Source: a bacterium (lineage in GTDB: Bacteria > UBA9089 > UBA9088 > JAGUXG01). Taken from it: DNA of 58,487 nt. Numbering within the stretch: the stretch's first letter is position 1; every line of letters begins with the position of its first letter. Where the stretch lies: positions 1 through 58,487 of the forward strand of contig JASEHO010000001.1 in the NCBI GenBank assembly GCA_030018505.1, in the 5' to 3' direction. Made by a program: the position numbers and the translations under genes. Below, in pieces: positions 17,796 through 25,855 of this stretch. The notes under the pieces were generated by a model, which was not told the DNA's origin, did no database searches, and was given only the letters and a program-made list of their open reading frames with translations.

Positions 17796-17843
17796 GTAAC
17801 TATTTACCTAACTTCCGTAAAAAGACTGAAAGACTCGAGTTCA
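17796..17843. repeat. 48-nt module of the hairpin-element family (identical to 20066-20113)
   Basis: gtaactatttacctaacttccgtaaaaagactgaaagactcgagttca is present identically at 20066-20113. A 6-nt variant lies at 53719-53766. Confidence 0.85.
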
Positions 17844-17867
17844 AATTTAACATTTCAAATTACCTGA

Positions 17868-18428
17868 TTACCATACTTCAAATGAGGAAAGAGCGGTCTT
17901 CATTTCAGAGAGGAATGCGTCTTGTGGTCTATAGCCTATTACCTTGTGAATCACATTGCCTTCTGGGCTTATAAAGAGAATGGTTGGAAGCCCGCGTACC
18001 TGAAATTTTTTGGCAAGTTCAGGCGTTTTTTCGCAGTCTATCTTTACTGACACAAGGCTCTTTGAAAGCAAGATTACCTCTTGATTCCTGAATGCTTCAG
18101 CCTCTAATTTTTTACACCAACTACACCAATCTGCTGTAAAGTGAACCATCAAAGGTTTATTCTCTGCCTTTGCTCTCTTTAGCCCATCTTCAAATACCAG
18201 CCATTCAATCTTAGCTTGCTTTCGAGGAGGTTCTGGTCTTTCTTTTGGATTTTCAATTCCCTCTAACTCCTCTGCTTGCTTCAGAATAGGCTCTGGCTTT
18301 GCTACTTGCTGCTCTGAGACAGACTCTGGTTTTACCGCTTGCTTCAGAACAGGCTCTTCTTTCTTTTCTGGCGCCTGCTTACATCCAATAAGGAGAGAGA
18401 GTATGTATACCAAAAACAACCTTTCCAT
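17868..18428 (-). CDS. Thioredoxin-fold lipoprotein (Thioredoxin_7-like, WCxWC)
   Basis: Lipobox LLIGC, a PE/K-rich linker, then KPLMVHFTADWCSWCKKLEAEAF. Confidence 0.7.
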   Translation of the reverse strand: MERLFLVYILSLLIGCKQAPEKKEEPVLKQAVKPESVSEQQVAKPEPILKQAEELEGIENPKERPEPPRKQAKIEWLVFEDGLKRAKAENKPLMVHFTADWCSWCKKLEAEAFRNQEVILLSKSLVSVKIDCEKTPELAKKFQVRGLPTILFISPEGNVIHKVIGYRPQDAFLSEMKTALSSFEVW

Positions 18429-18435
18429 TATTATA

Positions 18436-18465
18436 ATTATACAGTAATCTGACTCAATTTGCCAA
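18436..18465 (-). promoter_or_regulatory. Sigma70-like promoter (minus strand): TTGGCA-N18-TATAAT, ending 7 nt before the ATG at 18428
   Basis: The reverse complement reads ttggca aattgagtcagattactg tataat tataata ATG. Confidence 0.45.
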
Positions 18466-18488
18466 GTCTATCTTACTTTTCTTCTTGC

Positions 18489-18517
18489 TTGACGAATGAA
18501 ACCCAAATCCTTACACT
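18489..18517 (+). promoter_or_regulatory. Sigma70-like promoter: TTGACG-N17-TACACT, ending 7 nt before the cimA ATG
   Basis: -35 at 18489-18494, -10 at 18512-18517, ATG at 18525. Confidence 0.4.
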
Positions 18518-18524
18518 ATAGGCT

Positions 18525-20069
18525 ATGGTAGAGCTTTATGATACCACCTTGCGGGATGGGGCACAAACAGAGGGAATATCCTTCTCCCTTTTAGATAAGA
18601 TTGCTGTAGCTCTGGCGATTGACAGGCTTGGGATAAGATATATAGAGGGTGGGTGGCCTGGTTCAAACAAAAAGGACGATCAGTTTTTCTCTAAGATAAA
18701 GAAAGAGAATCTGTCTGCTGAGATAATAGCCTTTGGCTCAACAGCACATCCCAAGTATTCTGCCTCAGATGACCCAAATATCTCTGCTTTGCTCTCGGCA
18801 AAGACAAAGATTATTACTATCTTTGGAAAAACCTGGGACTTTCAAGTGAAGAAGGCACTCCGTATCTCCTTAGACGAAAACCTGAAGCTAATAGATGATT
18901 CTATCTCTTATCTTGTGTCAAAAGGAAAGAGGGTCTTCTTTGATGCTGAACACTTCTTTGATGGCTACAAAGCAAACCCTGCCTATGCTAAGAAGGCAAT
19001 AGAGACTGCGGTAAATGCTGGAGCAAGCGTGATTATTCTCTGCGATACCAATGGAGGCACACTCCCGCATCAGATTGAGGAGATAATTAGCGGATTAAAG
19101 GCAGGCTATCCTTTGGGTATCCACAGCCATAATGACTCAGAGCTTGCCTGTGCAAATACATTAGCAGGTATTCGTGCTGGCTGCACTCAGGTTCAAGGCA
19201 CAATCAATGGCTATGGCGAGAGATGCGGAAATGCCAACCTATGCTCCATCATTCCCTTGCTCAAGCTCAAATTAGGGATGGATGTTGTCTCAGATGACAG
19301 GCTCAAGTCTCTTACCGAAGTTTCAAGGCTTATCTCAGAGATAGCCAACATTGCTCCCAGACCCTTTCAGCCTTATGTAGGCAGTTCTGTCTTTGCCCAT
19401 AAAGCTGGTATTCATGCCTCTGCAGTGACAAAAGAACCAGCTACTTATGAGCATATAAAACCAGAGGATGTAGGAAACACAAGGAGAATCCTCATCTCAG
19501 AGCTGGCTGGCTCATCCTCTATCCTCCATAAAGCAGGGGAGCTGAAGATTGACCTCTCAAAGGATTCCAAAGAGACAAAAAGGATAATCAACGAAATAAA
19601 GAGGTTAGAGAATGAAGGGTATCATTTTGAATCAGCAGAGGCAAGTTTTGAGCTTCTCATAGACAAGGCTCTGGGTTTGTATAAATCCCCATTTACCTTA
19701 AAGAGCTTCAGGGTTATAGTGAGAAAGGAAGAGGGGAGGCTCATCTCAGAGGCGGTAGTGAAGGTTTGCACAGAAAAAGAGGAAAGTTATACTGTGGCTG
19801 AGGGTGATGGCCCAGTAAATGCCCTTGATTCTGCCATTCGTAAGGCATTGGAAAAGCACTATCCAGAGATTACCGGGATGCAGCTTATAGATTATAAGGT
19901 CAGGGTTTTGGATGCAAAGAAAGGCACAGCCGCCAGGGTCAGGGTTTTGATAGAATCTAAAGATAGGGAGGGCCACTTCGGAACTGTCGGTGTTTCAGAG
20001 AATATCATTGAGGCCTCCTGTGAAGCCATGCTTGATGCGATTGAGTATTTTTTGTTAAAAAGGAGGTAA
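18525..20069 (+). CDS. cimA: (R)-citramalate synthase (LeuA-family, CimA type)
   Basis: YDTTLRDGAQTEGISFS..DKI...YIEGGWPGSN.KD..FF, HSHNDSELA, GTINGYGERCGNANL, and C-terminal GDGPVNALD...RVLIES. This resembles the Geobacter-type CimA as I remember it. Confidence 0.8.
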   Translation: MVELYDTTLRDGAQTEGISFSLLDKIAVALAIDRLGIRYIEGGWPGSNKKDDQFFSKIKKENLSAEIIAFGSTAHPKYSASDDPNISALLSAKTKIITIFGKTWDFQVKKALRISLDENLKLIDDSISYLVSKGKRVFFDAEHFFDGYKANPAYAKKAIETAVNAGASVIILCDTNGGTLPHQIEEIISGLKAGYPLGIHSHNDSELACANTLAGIRAGCTQVQGTINGYGERCGNANLCSIIPLLKLKLGMDVVSDDRLKSLTEVSRLISEIANIAPRPFQPYVGSSVFAHKAGIHASAVTKEPATYEHIKPEDVGNTRRILISELAGSSSILHKAGELKIDLSKDSKETKRIINEIKRLENEGYHFESAEASFELLIDKALGLYKSPFTLKSFRVIVRKEEGRLISEAVVKVCTEKEESYTVAEGDGPVNALDSAIRKALEKHYPEITGMQLIDYKVRVLDAKKGTAARVRVLIESKDREGHFGTVGVSENIIEASCEAMLDAIEYFLLKRR

Positions 20070-20444
20070 CTATTTACCTAACTTCCGTAAAAAGACTGAA
20101 AGACTCGAGTTCACGGAGAATTCCATTGCAAATTGCAAATTTAGCATTTATCATTTCAAATTTGGAAGATATATGGAGTCCATTAATTAAGTTGACATAA
20201 AAAATGGAGGTGGTTCTTTTTATCGTTTTTCCTAATGATTTCTTTTTGGAAATTAGAAATTAGAAATTGGGGGGAAACAGATATAATTTTCTTCTCTTTT
20301 CCTAATTTCTATTTTCCAATTTCAAATTTCAATATGTCAAATTATTTATTAGATTGCATATAGTATCTTGAGTCGCTATATTTCTTTCCTTAAATTTGCT
20401 TTTGCTAAATTTGAAATGTTAAATTTGCTAGTGAATTTATCTCC
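20066..20444. repeat. Composite nested-palindrome element (hairpin family, largest copy)
   Basis: Starts with the 48-nt module. The outer arms ccattgcaaattgcaaatttagcatttatcatttcaaattt / aaatttgcttttgctaaatttgaaatgttaaatttgctagtg enclose a second palindrome, ggaaattagaaattagaaattgg / ttcctaatttctattttccaatttc. Confidence 0.75.
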
Positions 20445-20487
20445 TTAACCAGTGCTGGCAATGTGGCATTGACCGTCCAAGTAAGCT

Positions 20488-20718
20488 ATGAAATATACAC
20501 TACCTATATTATGGAAAAGGAAGCATGATGAGGAGATAAGAGAGGCAAAAAAGATGAGCCTGGCAGAGAAGTTTGATATTATGCTCCAGCTTAATATAGT
20601 AGGATTGGAGCTAATGGAGGTTAATAATAGAGAGAAAAAACTTAAATTCCATCAGGAAATCTTAAAGGTTAATCGGGAAAGACTAAAAGATTTCATAAAT
20701 GAGCAATTGAGAATATGA
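20488..20718 (+). CDS. Small hypothetical protein, possible partner of the downstream nucleotidyltransferase
   Basis: 76 aa and helical/charged. Its stop overlaps the next ATG (ATGA at 20715-20718). Confidence 0.4.
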   Translation: MKYTLPILWKRKHDEEIREAKKMSLAEKFDIMLQLNIVGLELMEVNNREKKLKFHQEILKVNRERLKDFINEQLRI

Positions 20719-21266
20719 AGACTGTATTAGAAGATGGACTGCTACGATTTATCTCCATCTTAGAGAGATTAAAGATAGATTATACCATTATTGGAGCAAT
20801 AGCCTCTGGCATATATGGACTTCCCCGAACAACCTATGATATAGATGTTATTCTTAAGATAGAGAAGATAAAGATCCCTTCTTTCTTAGAAGGGTTAAAA
20901 GATAACGGATTTAGGTTTGAGAGAGAAGATATCCTAAAAGATCTAAAAGATGGTTATCTTTCAGAGGTGCACTACCAGAACATAAGGATAGATATGCTTC
21001 TTCCTGTTTTGCCCTATTTTAAGGAGGTGATAAAAAGAGGGGTTATCTTTAATCTTTCTGGGAATTACTTGAAATTTGCCCAAGCAGAAGATGTGGTTAT
21101 ACTGAAGCTTCTTTCTAATAGAGAGAAGGACAGGGAAGATATACAGGCAATAAACCAGATACATACAGGGCTTGATATTGGTTATATCAAAGACTCTTTG
21201 TTGAAACTTGTTGGAGAAAAAGATAAATCATTTGAAGCATTTAAGCAGATATTTACAAAAAATTAA
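20715..21266 (+). CDS. Nucleotidyltransferase-fold protein (DUF2204/MNT-like)
   Basis: IGAIASGIYGLPRTTYDIDVIL fits the GxxxxGxxRxTxDxD pattern, and the C-terminus has AEDVVILKLLSNREKDREDI. Confidence 0.5.
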   Translation: MKTVLEDGLLRFISILERLKIDYTIIGAIASGIYGLPRTTYDIDVILKIEKIKIPSFLEGLKDNGFRFEREDILKDLKDGYLSEVHYQNIRIDMLLPVLPYFKEVIKRGVIFNLSGNYLKFAQAEDVVILKLLSNREKDREDIQAINQIHTGLDIGYIKDSLLKLVGEKDKSFEAFKQIFTKN

Positions 21267-21278
21267 GGAGGTAAAAGA

Positions 21279-22859
21279 ATGAAGGTATTGGTTTCAGATC
21301 CTCTTTCAGAGGATGGGTTAAAGATTTTGAAGGAGATAGAAGGGGCAGAGATTGCGACAAAAACAGGAATGTCTGAGGATGAGCTTATCCTGGCATTACA
21401 GGATGTAGAAGCTCTCATTGTCAGGAGTGAGACAAAGGTTACAAAAAGGGTTTTAGAAGAGGCAAAATCCTTGAGGGTGATTGGTCGGGCAGGTGTCGGC
21501 GTGGACAACATTGATATGAATGCAGCCACAAAGAAAGGGGTTATTGTTATGAATACCCCAGACTCAAACACCATATCTACAGCAGAGCTTACTTTGGCAA
21601 TGATGCTTGCCGTATCAAGGAATATTCCCCAGGGCTATCTATCCCTGAAGGAAGGCAAATGGGATAGAAAGAGGTTTGTTGGTTATGAGCTGAATGGCAA
21701 GTGTTTAGGTATAATTGGTTTGGGTAGGATTGGAAGGCAGGTAGCAGCAAGGGCACAGGCTTTTGGAATGAAGACTATAGGCTATGACCCGCTCATAAGC
21801 AAAGATGTCTGTGCGAAACTAAAGATTGAACTGGCTGAGCTTAAAGAGCTATTCGGTCTCTCTGATTACATTACTGTCCATACACCCCTATCCCCTGAGA
21901 CAAAGCATATCATCAGTGAAAAGGAGATAGAGATGATGAAGCAGGACGTGATAATTATCAACTGCGCCAGGGGTGGCATAATTGATGAGGAGGCTTTGCA
22001 CAAAGGCCTTGTTTCAGGAAAGGTAAGGGCAGCAGCCTTAGATGTCTTTGAAAAAGAGCCTCCATTTGACTCGCCTTTGTTATCTTGCGAAAACTGCATC
22101 TTTGTCCCACACCTTGGGGCATCAACCAAAGAGGCTCAGAAGAGCGTAGGCATAGAGATAGCCAATCAAATGAAGGAGGCACTTACTACAGGCGTGATGA
22201 GGAATACCGTCAACCTGCCCTACATAGACCCAGAGACAATGAAGGCTCTATCTCCATTCATTAAGCTATCAGACTCCCTTGGAAAGTTATCTGCTCAACT
22301 GATAAATGACAAGGTTACCTCTATAGAGATAGAGTATTCTGGGGAATTGGTTGGTCGCGACCTCTCCTTGCTTTCTACCACGATTGTTCGCTCTATCCTC
22401 TCTAATTTCCTTCATGAGGAGACAGTGAACTATGTCAATGCATTATCCTTTGCCAAAGAGATGGGCATAGAGCTCTCTTTTTCAGAAAGGCAAGCTAAGT
22501 TAGACTATAGCTCCTTGATTTCAGTCACTATTAAAGGTAAGGAGAAGAGGGTTGTAGCTGGAACAGTCTTTTCAGAAAAAAGCCCTCGTATTGTCCAGAT
22601 AGACAACTTTCAGCTTGAGCTTATCCCAGAAGGAAATCTTCTTATCTTAAACCAAACAGATGAGCCAGGGATAATCGGAAAAATAGGCACACTGTTAGGT
22701 TCAGCCAATATAAATATTGCCTCCCTGCAGTTAGCCCGAACAGAAAAGGGCGGCGATAGCCTTTCTGTTTGGAACATAGATAGTGCTATTTCTGAGGCTA
22801 TCTTGAAGGAGATAAGCCAAATGCCACAGATAAGAAGAGCATGGACTGTTGTTTTGTAA
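21279..22859 (+). CDS. serA: D-3-phosphoglycerate dehydrogenase (long form with ACT domain)
   Basis: GIIGLGRIGRQVA NAD-binding site, catalytic ...HLGAST.E, and a C-terminal ACT-like segment. 526 aa. Confidence 0.9.
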   Translation: MKVLVSDPLSEDGLKILKEIEGAEIATKTGMSEDELILALQDVEALIVRSETKVTKRVLEEAKSLRVIGRAGVGVDNIDMNAATKKGVIVMNTPDSNTISTAELTLAMMLAVSRNIPQGYLSLKEGKWDRKRFVGYELNGKCLGIIGLGRIGRQVAARAQAFGMKTIGYDPLISKDVCAKLKIELAELKELFGLSDYITVHTPLSPETKHIISEKEIEMMKQDVIIINCARGGIIDEEALHKGLVSGKVRAAALDVFEKEPPFDSPLLSCENCIFVPHLGASTKEAQKSVGIEIANQMKEALTTGVMRNTVNLPYIDPETMKALSPFIKLSDSLGKLSAQLINDKVTSIEIEYSGELVGRDLSLLSTTIVRSILSNFLHEETVNYVNALSFAKEMGIELSFSERQAKLDYSSLISVTIKGKEKRVVAGTVFSEKSPRIVQIDNFQLELIPEGNLLILNQTDEPGIIGKIGTLLGSANINIASLQLARTEKGGDSLSVWNIDSAISEAILKEISQMPQIRRAWTVVL

Positions 22860-23690
22860 ATGAAATTCAAATTAGGTTGCCATATATTAGACTTAGAAAA
22901 AAGAACTCATATTATGGGGATTCTCAATGTTACTCCAGATTCCTTCTCGGATGGAGGGCTATTCCTAGAGACAGAAGATGCTTACCGACACACCCTTCGT
23001 ATGCAGGAAGATGGGGCTGATATTATTGATATAGGAGGACAATCTACAAGACCAGGCTCTCTGCCAGTAAGCCCAGAGGAGGAGCTAAGAAGGGTTCTTC
23101 CAGTTATAGAGAAGCTGAAGAGATCTAACTTCAAGCTCCCAATCTCCATAGATACATACAGTGATAAGGTGGCAGAGGCTTGCTTAGAGATTGGCGTAGA
23201 GATGGTGAATGACATCTCAGGTCTTAGATTTTCGAAAAGGATGAGGGATGTTATTGCCAAATATTCTGCGGCTTGTCTCATTATGCACATCAAAGGAACC
23301 CCAAGAGATATGCAAGATAACCCGGCCTACCCTGACCTCTTTGGAGAGATTATAGACTATCTTAAAGACGGGATAAATCAGGCAGAAGAATCTGGAATCA
23401 GTGAGATAGTCATAGACCCAGGGATTGGATTTGGAAAAGACTTAGAGCATAATTTGCAAATAATCAATCACTTAGATAGATTTTGCGTTTTGAATAGGCC
23501 AATCTTAGTTGGCGTCTCCCGCAAATCCTTTATTGGAAAGGTATTAAACCTTCCAACTGAGGAAAGGTTAGAAGGGACATCTGCTGCTTGCGCTGTGGCT
23601 ATCTTAAGAGGCGCAAATATTGTCCGTGTCCATGATGTGAAGGAGATAAAGAGGGTTGTGGATATAGTTGATGCCATAAGACTACAATGA
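22860..23690 (+). CDS. folP: Dihydropteroate synthase
   Basis: MGILNVTPDSFSDGG, DIGGQSTRPG and DPGIGFGK motifs. Confidence 0.9.
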   Translation: MKFKLGCHILDLEKRTHIMGILNVTPDSFSDGGLFLETEDAYRHTLRMQEDGADIIDIGGQSTRPGSLPVSPEEELRRVLPVIEKLKRSNFKLPISIDTYSDKVAEACLEIGVEMVNDISGLRFSKRMRDVIAKYSAACLIMHIKGTPRDMQDNPAYPDLFGEIIDYLKDGINQAEESGISEIVIDPGIGFGKDLEHNLQIINHLDRFCVLNRPILVGVSRKSFIGKVLNLPTEERLEGTSAACAVAILRGANIVRVHDVKEIKRVVDIVDAIRLQ

Positions 23691-24409
23691 AACTTAAAGG
23701 CTGTCAAATAACAAAATTTTATGGAAAGAGAAGGGTTGTTAATGGTGTAGATGTTGAGGTTAGAGAGGGTGAGGTTGTGGGCTTGCTTGGTCCAAATGGA
23801 GCTGGAAAGACAACCACCTTCTATTGCATCACAGGCCTCATTAGTGCAAATTCTGGGGGAATATTCATTGATGATGAGGAGATAACAGACCTACCGATGT
23901 ATAGGAGGGCACAAAAAGGGATAGGCTATCTTCCTCAGGAGCCATCAGTCTTCTTAAAGCTCACAGTGAGAGAGAATATCCTGGCTATCTTAGAATTTAT
24001 TGAGAAGAATAAGAAGAAACAGAAAGAAAAGACAGAAGACCTCCTCTCTGAGTTTGGCTTAACTGCGCTTGCAAACCAGCTTGCTTACACCCTATCTGGA
24101 GGCGAAAGGAGAAGGCTTGAAATAGCCAGGGCTTTATCTGTCCAACCAAGGTTTATCCTCCTTGATGAGCCATTTTTAGGGGTTGACCCAATCAGGGTAG
24201 AGGAGATTCAGGAGATTATCAATAAATTGAAGGAAAAGGGGCTGGGTGTTCTGATAACAGACCATAATGTCAGAGAGACTCTGAGGATAACAGACAGGTC
24301 TTATATCATTGCCGATGGAAAGATTCTCATAGAAGGAACAGCTGATTTTTTGGTAGCCAACTCTGAGGCAAGAAGAATATACTTAGGGGAAAGATTTCGG
24401 CTGGACTAG
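23687..24409 (+). CDS. lptB: LPS export ABC transporter ATP-binding protein LptB
   Basis: GLLGPNGAGKTTTFY, LSGGERRRLEIARAL, LLDEPF. 240 aa. Confidence 0.85.
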   Translation: MKLKGCQITKFYGKRRVVNGVDVEVREGEVVGLLGPNGAGKTTTFYCITGLISANSGGIFIDDEEITDLPMYRRAQKGIGYLPQEPSVFLKLTVRENILAILEFIEKNKKKQKEKTEDLLSEFGLTALANQLAYTLSGGERRRLEIARALSVQPRFILLDEPFLGVDPIRVEEIQEIINKLKEKGLGVLITDHNVRETLRITDRSYIIADGKILIEGTADFLVANSEARRIYLGERFRLD

Positions 24410-24440
24410 AATCACTTACGAATAGTTAAAATGTATTAAG

Positions 24441-24530
24441 GGAGAGGTGCTGGAGTGGCCGAACAGGTACGCCTGGAAAGCGTATGATGGGGAAACTCGT
24501 CCGAGGGTTCGAATCCCTCCCTCTCCGCCA
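24441..24530 (+). tRNA. tRNA-Ser (anticodon GGA), CCA encoded
   Basis: Acceptor GGAGAGG/CCTCTCC, anticodon loop CTGGAAA, long variable arm TGATGGGGAAACTCGTC, T-loop GGTTCGAATCC, 3' GCCA. Confidence 0.9.
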
Positions 24531-24573
24531 ATTTACAATTTCAGCGTTTTTAAGGGTTGTTGCCTTGCCCTCG

Positions 24574-24605
24574 CTTGGACTGGCGAAATTTTTTGCGGCT
24601 GGCTT
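24574..24605. repeat. Left 32-nt inverted repeat bounding the R-M cassette
   Basis: cttggactggcgaaattttttgcggctggctt. Its reverse complement matches 27011-27042 at 29 of 32 positions, with a perfect 20-nt core (24580-24599 versus 27017-27036). Confidence 0.85.
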
Positions 24606-24645
24606 TTGATTTTTTTCTTGTCCCACCCTCTCCAGTGCGGAAAAG

Positions 24646-24837
24646 ATTAAGGAACTCCCTATAAAACGATTAAGAGAAAAACTGGGCTTGTCGCAGGAAA
24701 AACTGGCTCGGCTTGCCGATGTTTCCAATAATACGATAATCAATATTGAAGCAGGCAAGCAACAAAACCCGACTGTTGATACAATCAAGAAAATCGCAAA
24801 AGCGTTAAATGTTCCAATTGAGGACTTAATCAAATAA
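24646..24837 (+). CDS. XRE/Cro-family helix-turn-helix protein (candidate R-M controller C-protein), start codon unclear
   Basis: Frame 1 is open over 24610-24837: ...IKELPIKRLREKLGLSQEKLARLADVSNNTIINIEAGKQQNPTVDTIKKIAKALNVPIEDLIK*. No ATG or GTG lies upstream of the HTH, only ATT 24646, ATA 24661 and TTG 24688. It is missing from the ORF track for that reason. Confidence 0.5.
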   Translation: MKELPIKRLREKLGLSQEKLARLADVSNNTIINIEAGKQQNPTVDTIKKIAKALNVPIEDLIK

Positions 24838-24841
24838 ACCA

Positions 24842-25855
24842 ATGAAAGACAAAGCGTTAAAACATCGGGCACCGAGAAATAGAACTATCACATTGATCGA
24901 TAGCGATATTTCAAATTTTAAAAAACGGCTGATAAAAATAGGCAAACCCGTTTCGCTTGAAGAAATTGAGAACAAAACCATACATCAAGATATTTTTGAG
25001 GCATTAGATTATTTACCGGATAGTTTTGTTGATTTAGTTTTTGTTGATCCGCCCTATAATCTCAATAAAACTTTTAACCTTGCTTCGTTTAAGGAAATGG
25101 AGTCAGAAAAATATGAGCAATGGCTTGATTCTTGGGTTGTTAAACTTATTCGGATACTGAAGCCACACGCCTCTGTTTATATTTGCGGTGATTGGAAATC
25201 GTCAGGAGCAATTTTTAATGTAGCGAAAAAATATTTTAAAATACAAAATCGCATAACTTTTGAACGAGAAAAAGGACGAGGCGCAAAGAGCAATTGGAAA
25301 AATTGCTCCGAGGATATTTGGTTTTGTACACTTTCCGATAAATATCATTTCAATGTTGACGCAGTAAAAATGAAGCGTAAAGTTATAGCACCATACAAAG
25401 ACGAAAACGGAAAGCCGAAAGATTGGGAGGACGGCGACAATGGAAAGTATAGAATTACCCACCCGTCGAATGTTTGGACCGACATTACAATTCCGTTTTG
25501 GTCAATGCCGGAGAATACCGACCACCCAACACAAAAACCGGAAAAATTAGTCGCTAAAGTTATTTTGGCCAGCTCAAAACCAAATGATATTGTTTTTGAT
25601 CCGTTTCTCGGTTCGGGTACAACTTCGGTTGTCGCAAAAAAACTTGGTCGCCGGTATGTTGGGATAGAAATTGATGAGCATTATTGTTGTCTTGCTGAAA
25701 AACGGTTAGATATAACAGGAAACGAAAAAAACATACAGGGATACTCAGACGGCATATTTTGGGAACGCAATACACTTAACGAGCAAATGAACGGAAATGG
25801 AAAGGAAAATAAAGTTGAGTTATCAGAAAATTTATTTAATTCAAAATTATTATGA
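24842..25855 (+). CDS. Beta-class DNA amino-methyltransferase (DPPY; probably N6-adenine)
   Basis: Motif IV DLVFVDPPYNL precedes motif I FDPFLGSGTTSVVAKKLGRRYVGIEID, and HPTQKPEKL is present. Confidence 0.85.
   Translation: MKDKALKHRAPRNRTITLIDSDISNFKKRLIKIGKPVSLEEIENKTIHQDIFEALDYLPDSFVDLVFVDPPYNLNKTFNLASFKEMESEKYEQWLDSWVVKLIRILKPHASVYICGDWKSSGAIFNVAKKYFKIQNRITFEREKGRGAKSNWKNCSEDIWFCTLSDKYHFNVDAVKMKRKVIAPYKDENGKPKDWEDGDNGKYRITHPSNVWTDITIPFWSMPENTDHPTQKPEKLVAKVILASSKPNDIVFDPFLGSGTTSVVAKKLGRRYVGIEIDEHYCCLAEKRLDITGNEKNIQGYSDGIFWERNTLNEQMNGNGKENKVELSENLFNSKLL

Noticed and set aside
24426-24872. A 148-aa minus-strand ORF in the track
   Set aside because: It runs antisense through tRNA-Ser and the HTH gene and has no recognisable motifs. 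It is spurious.
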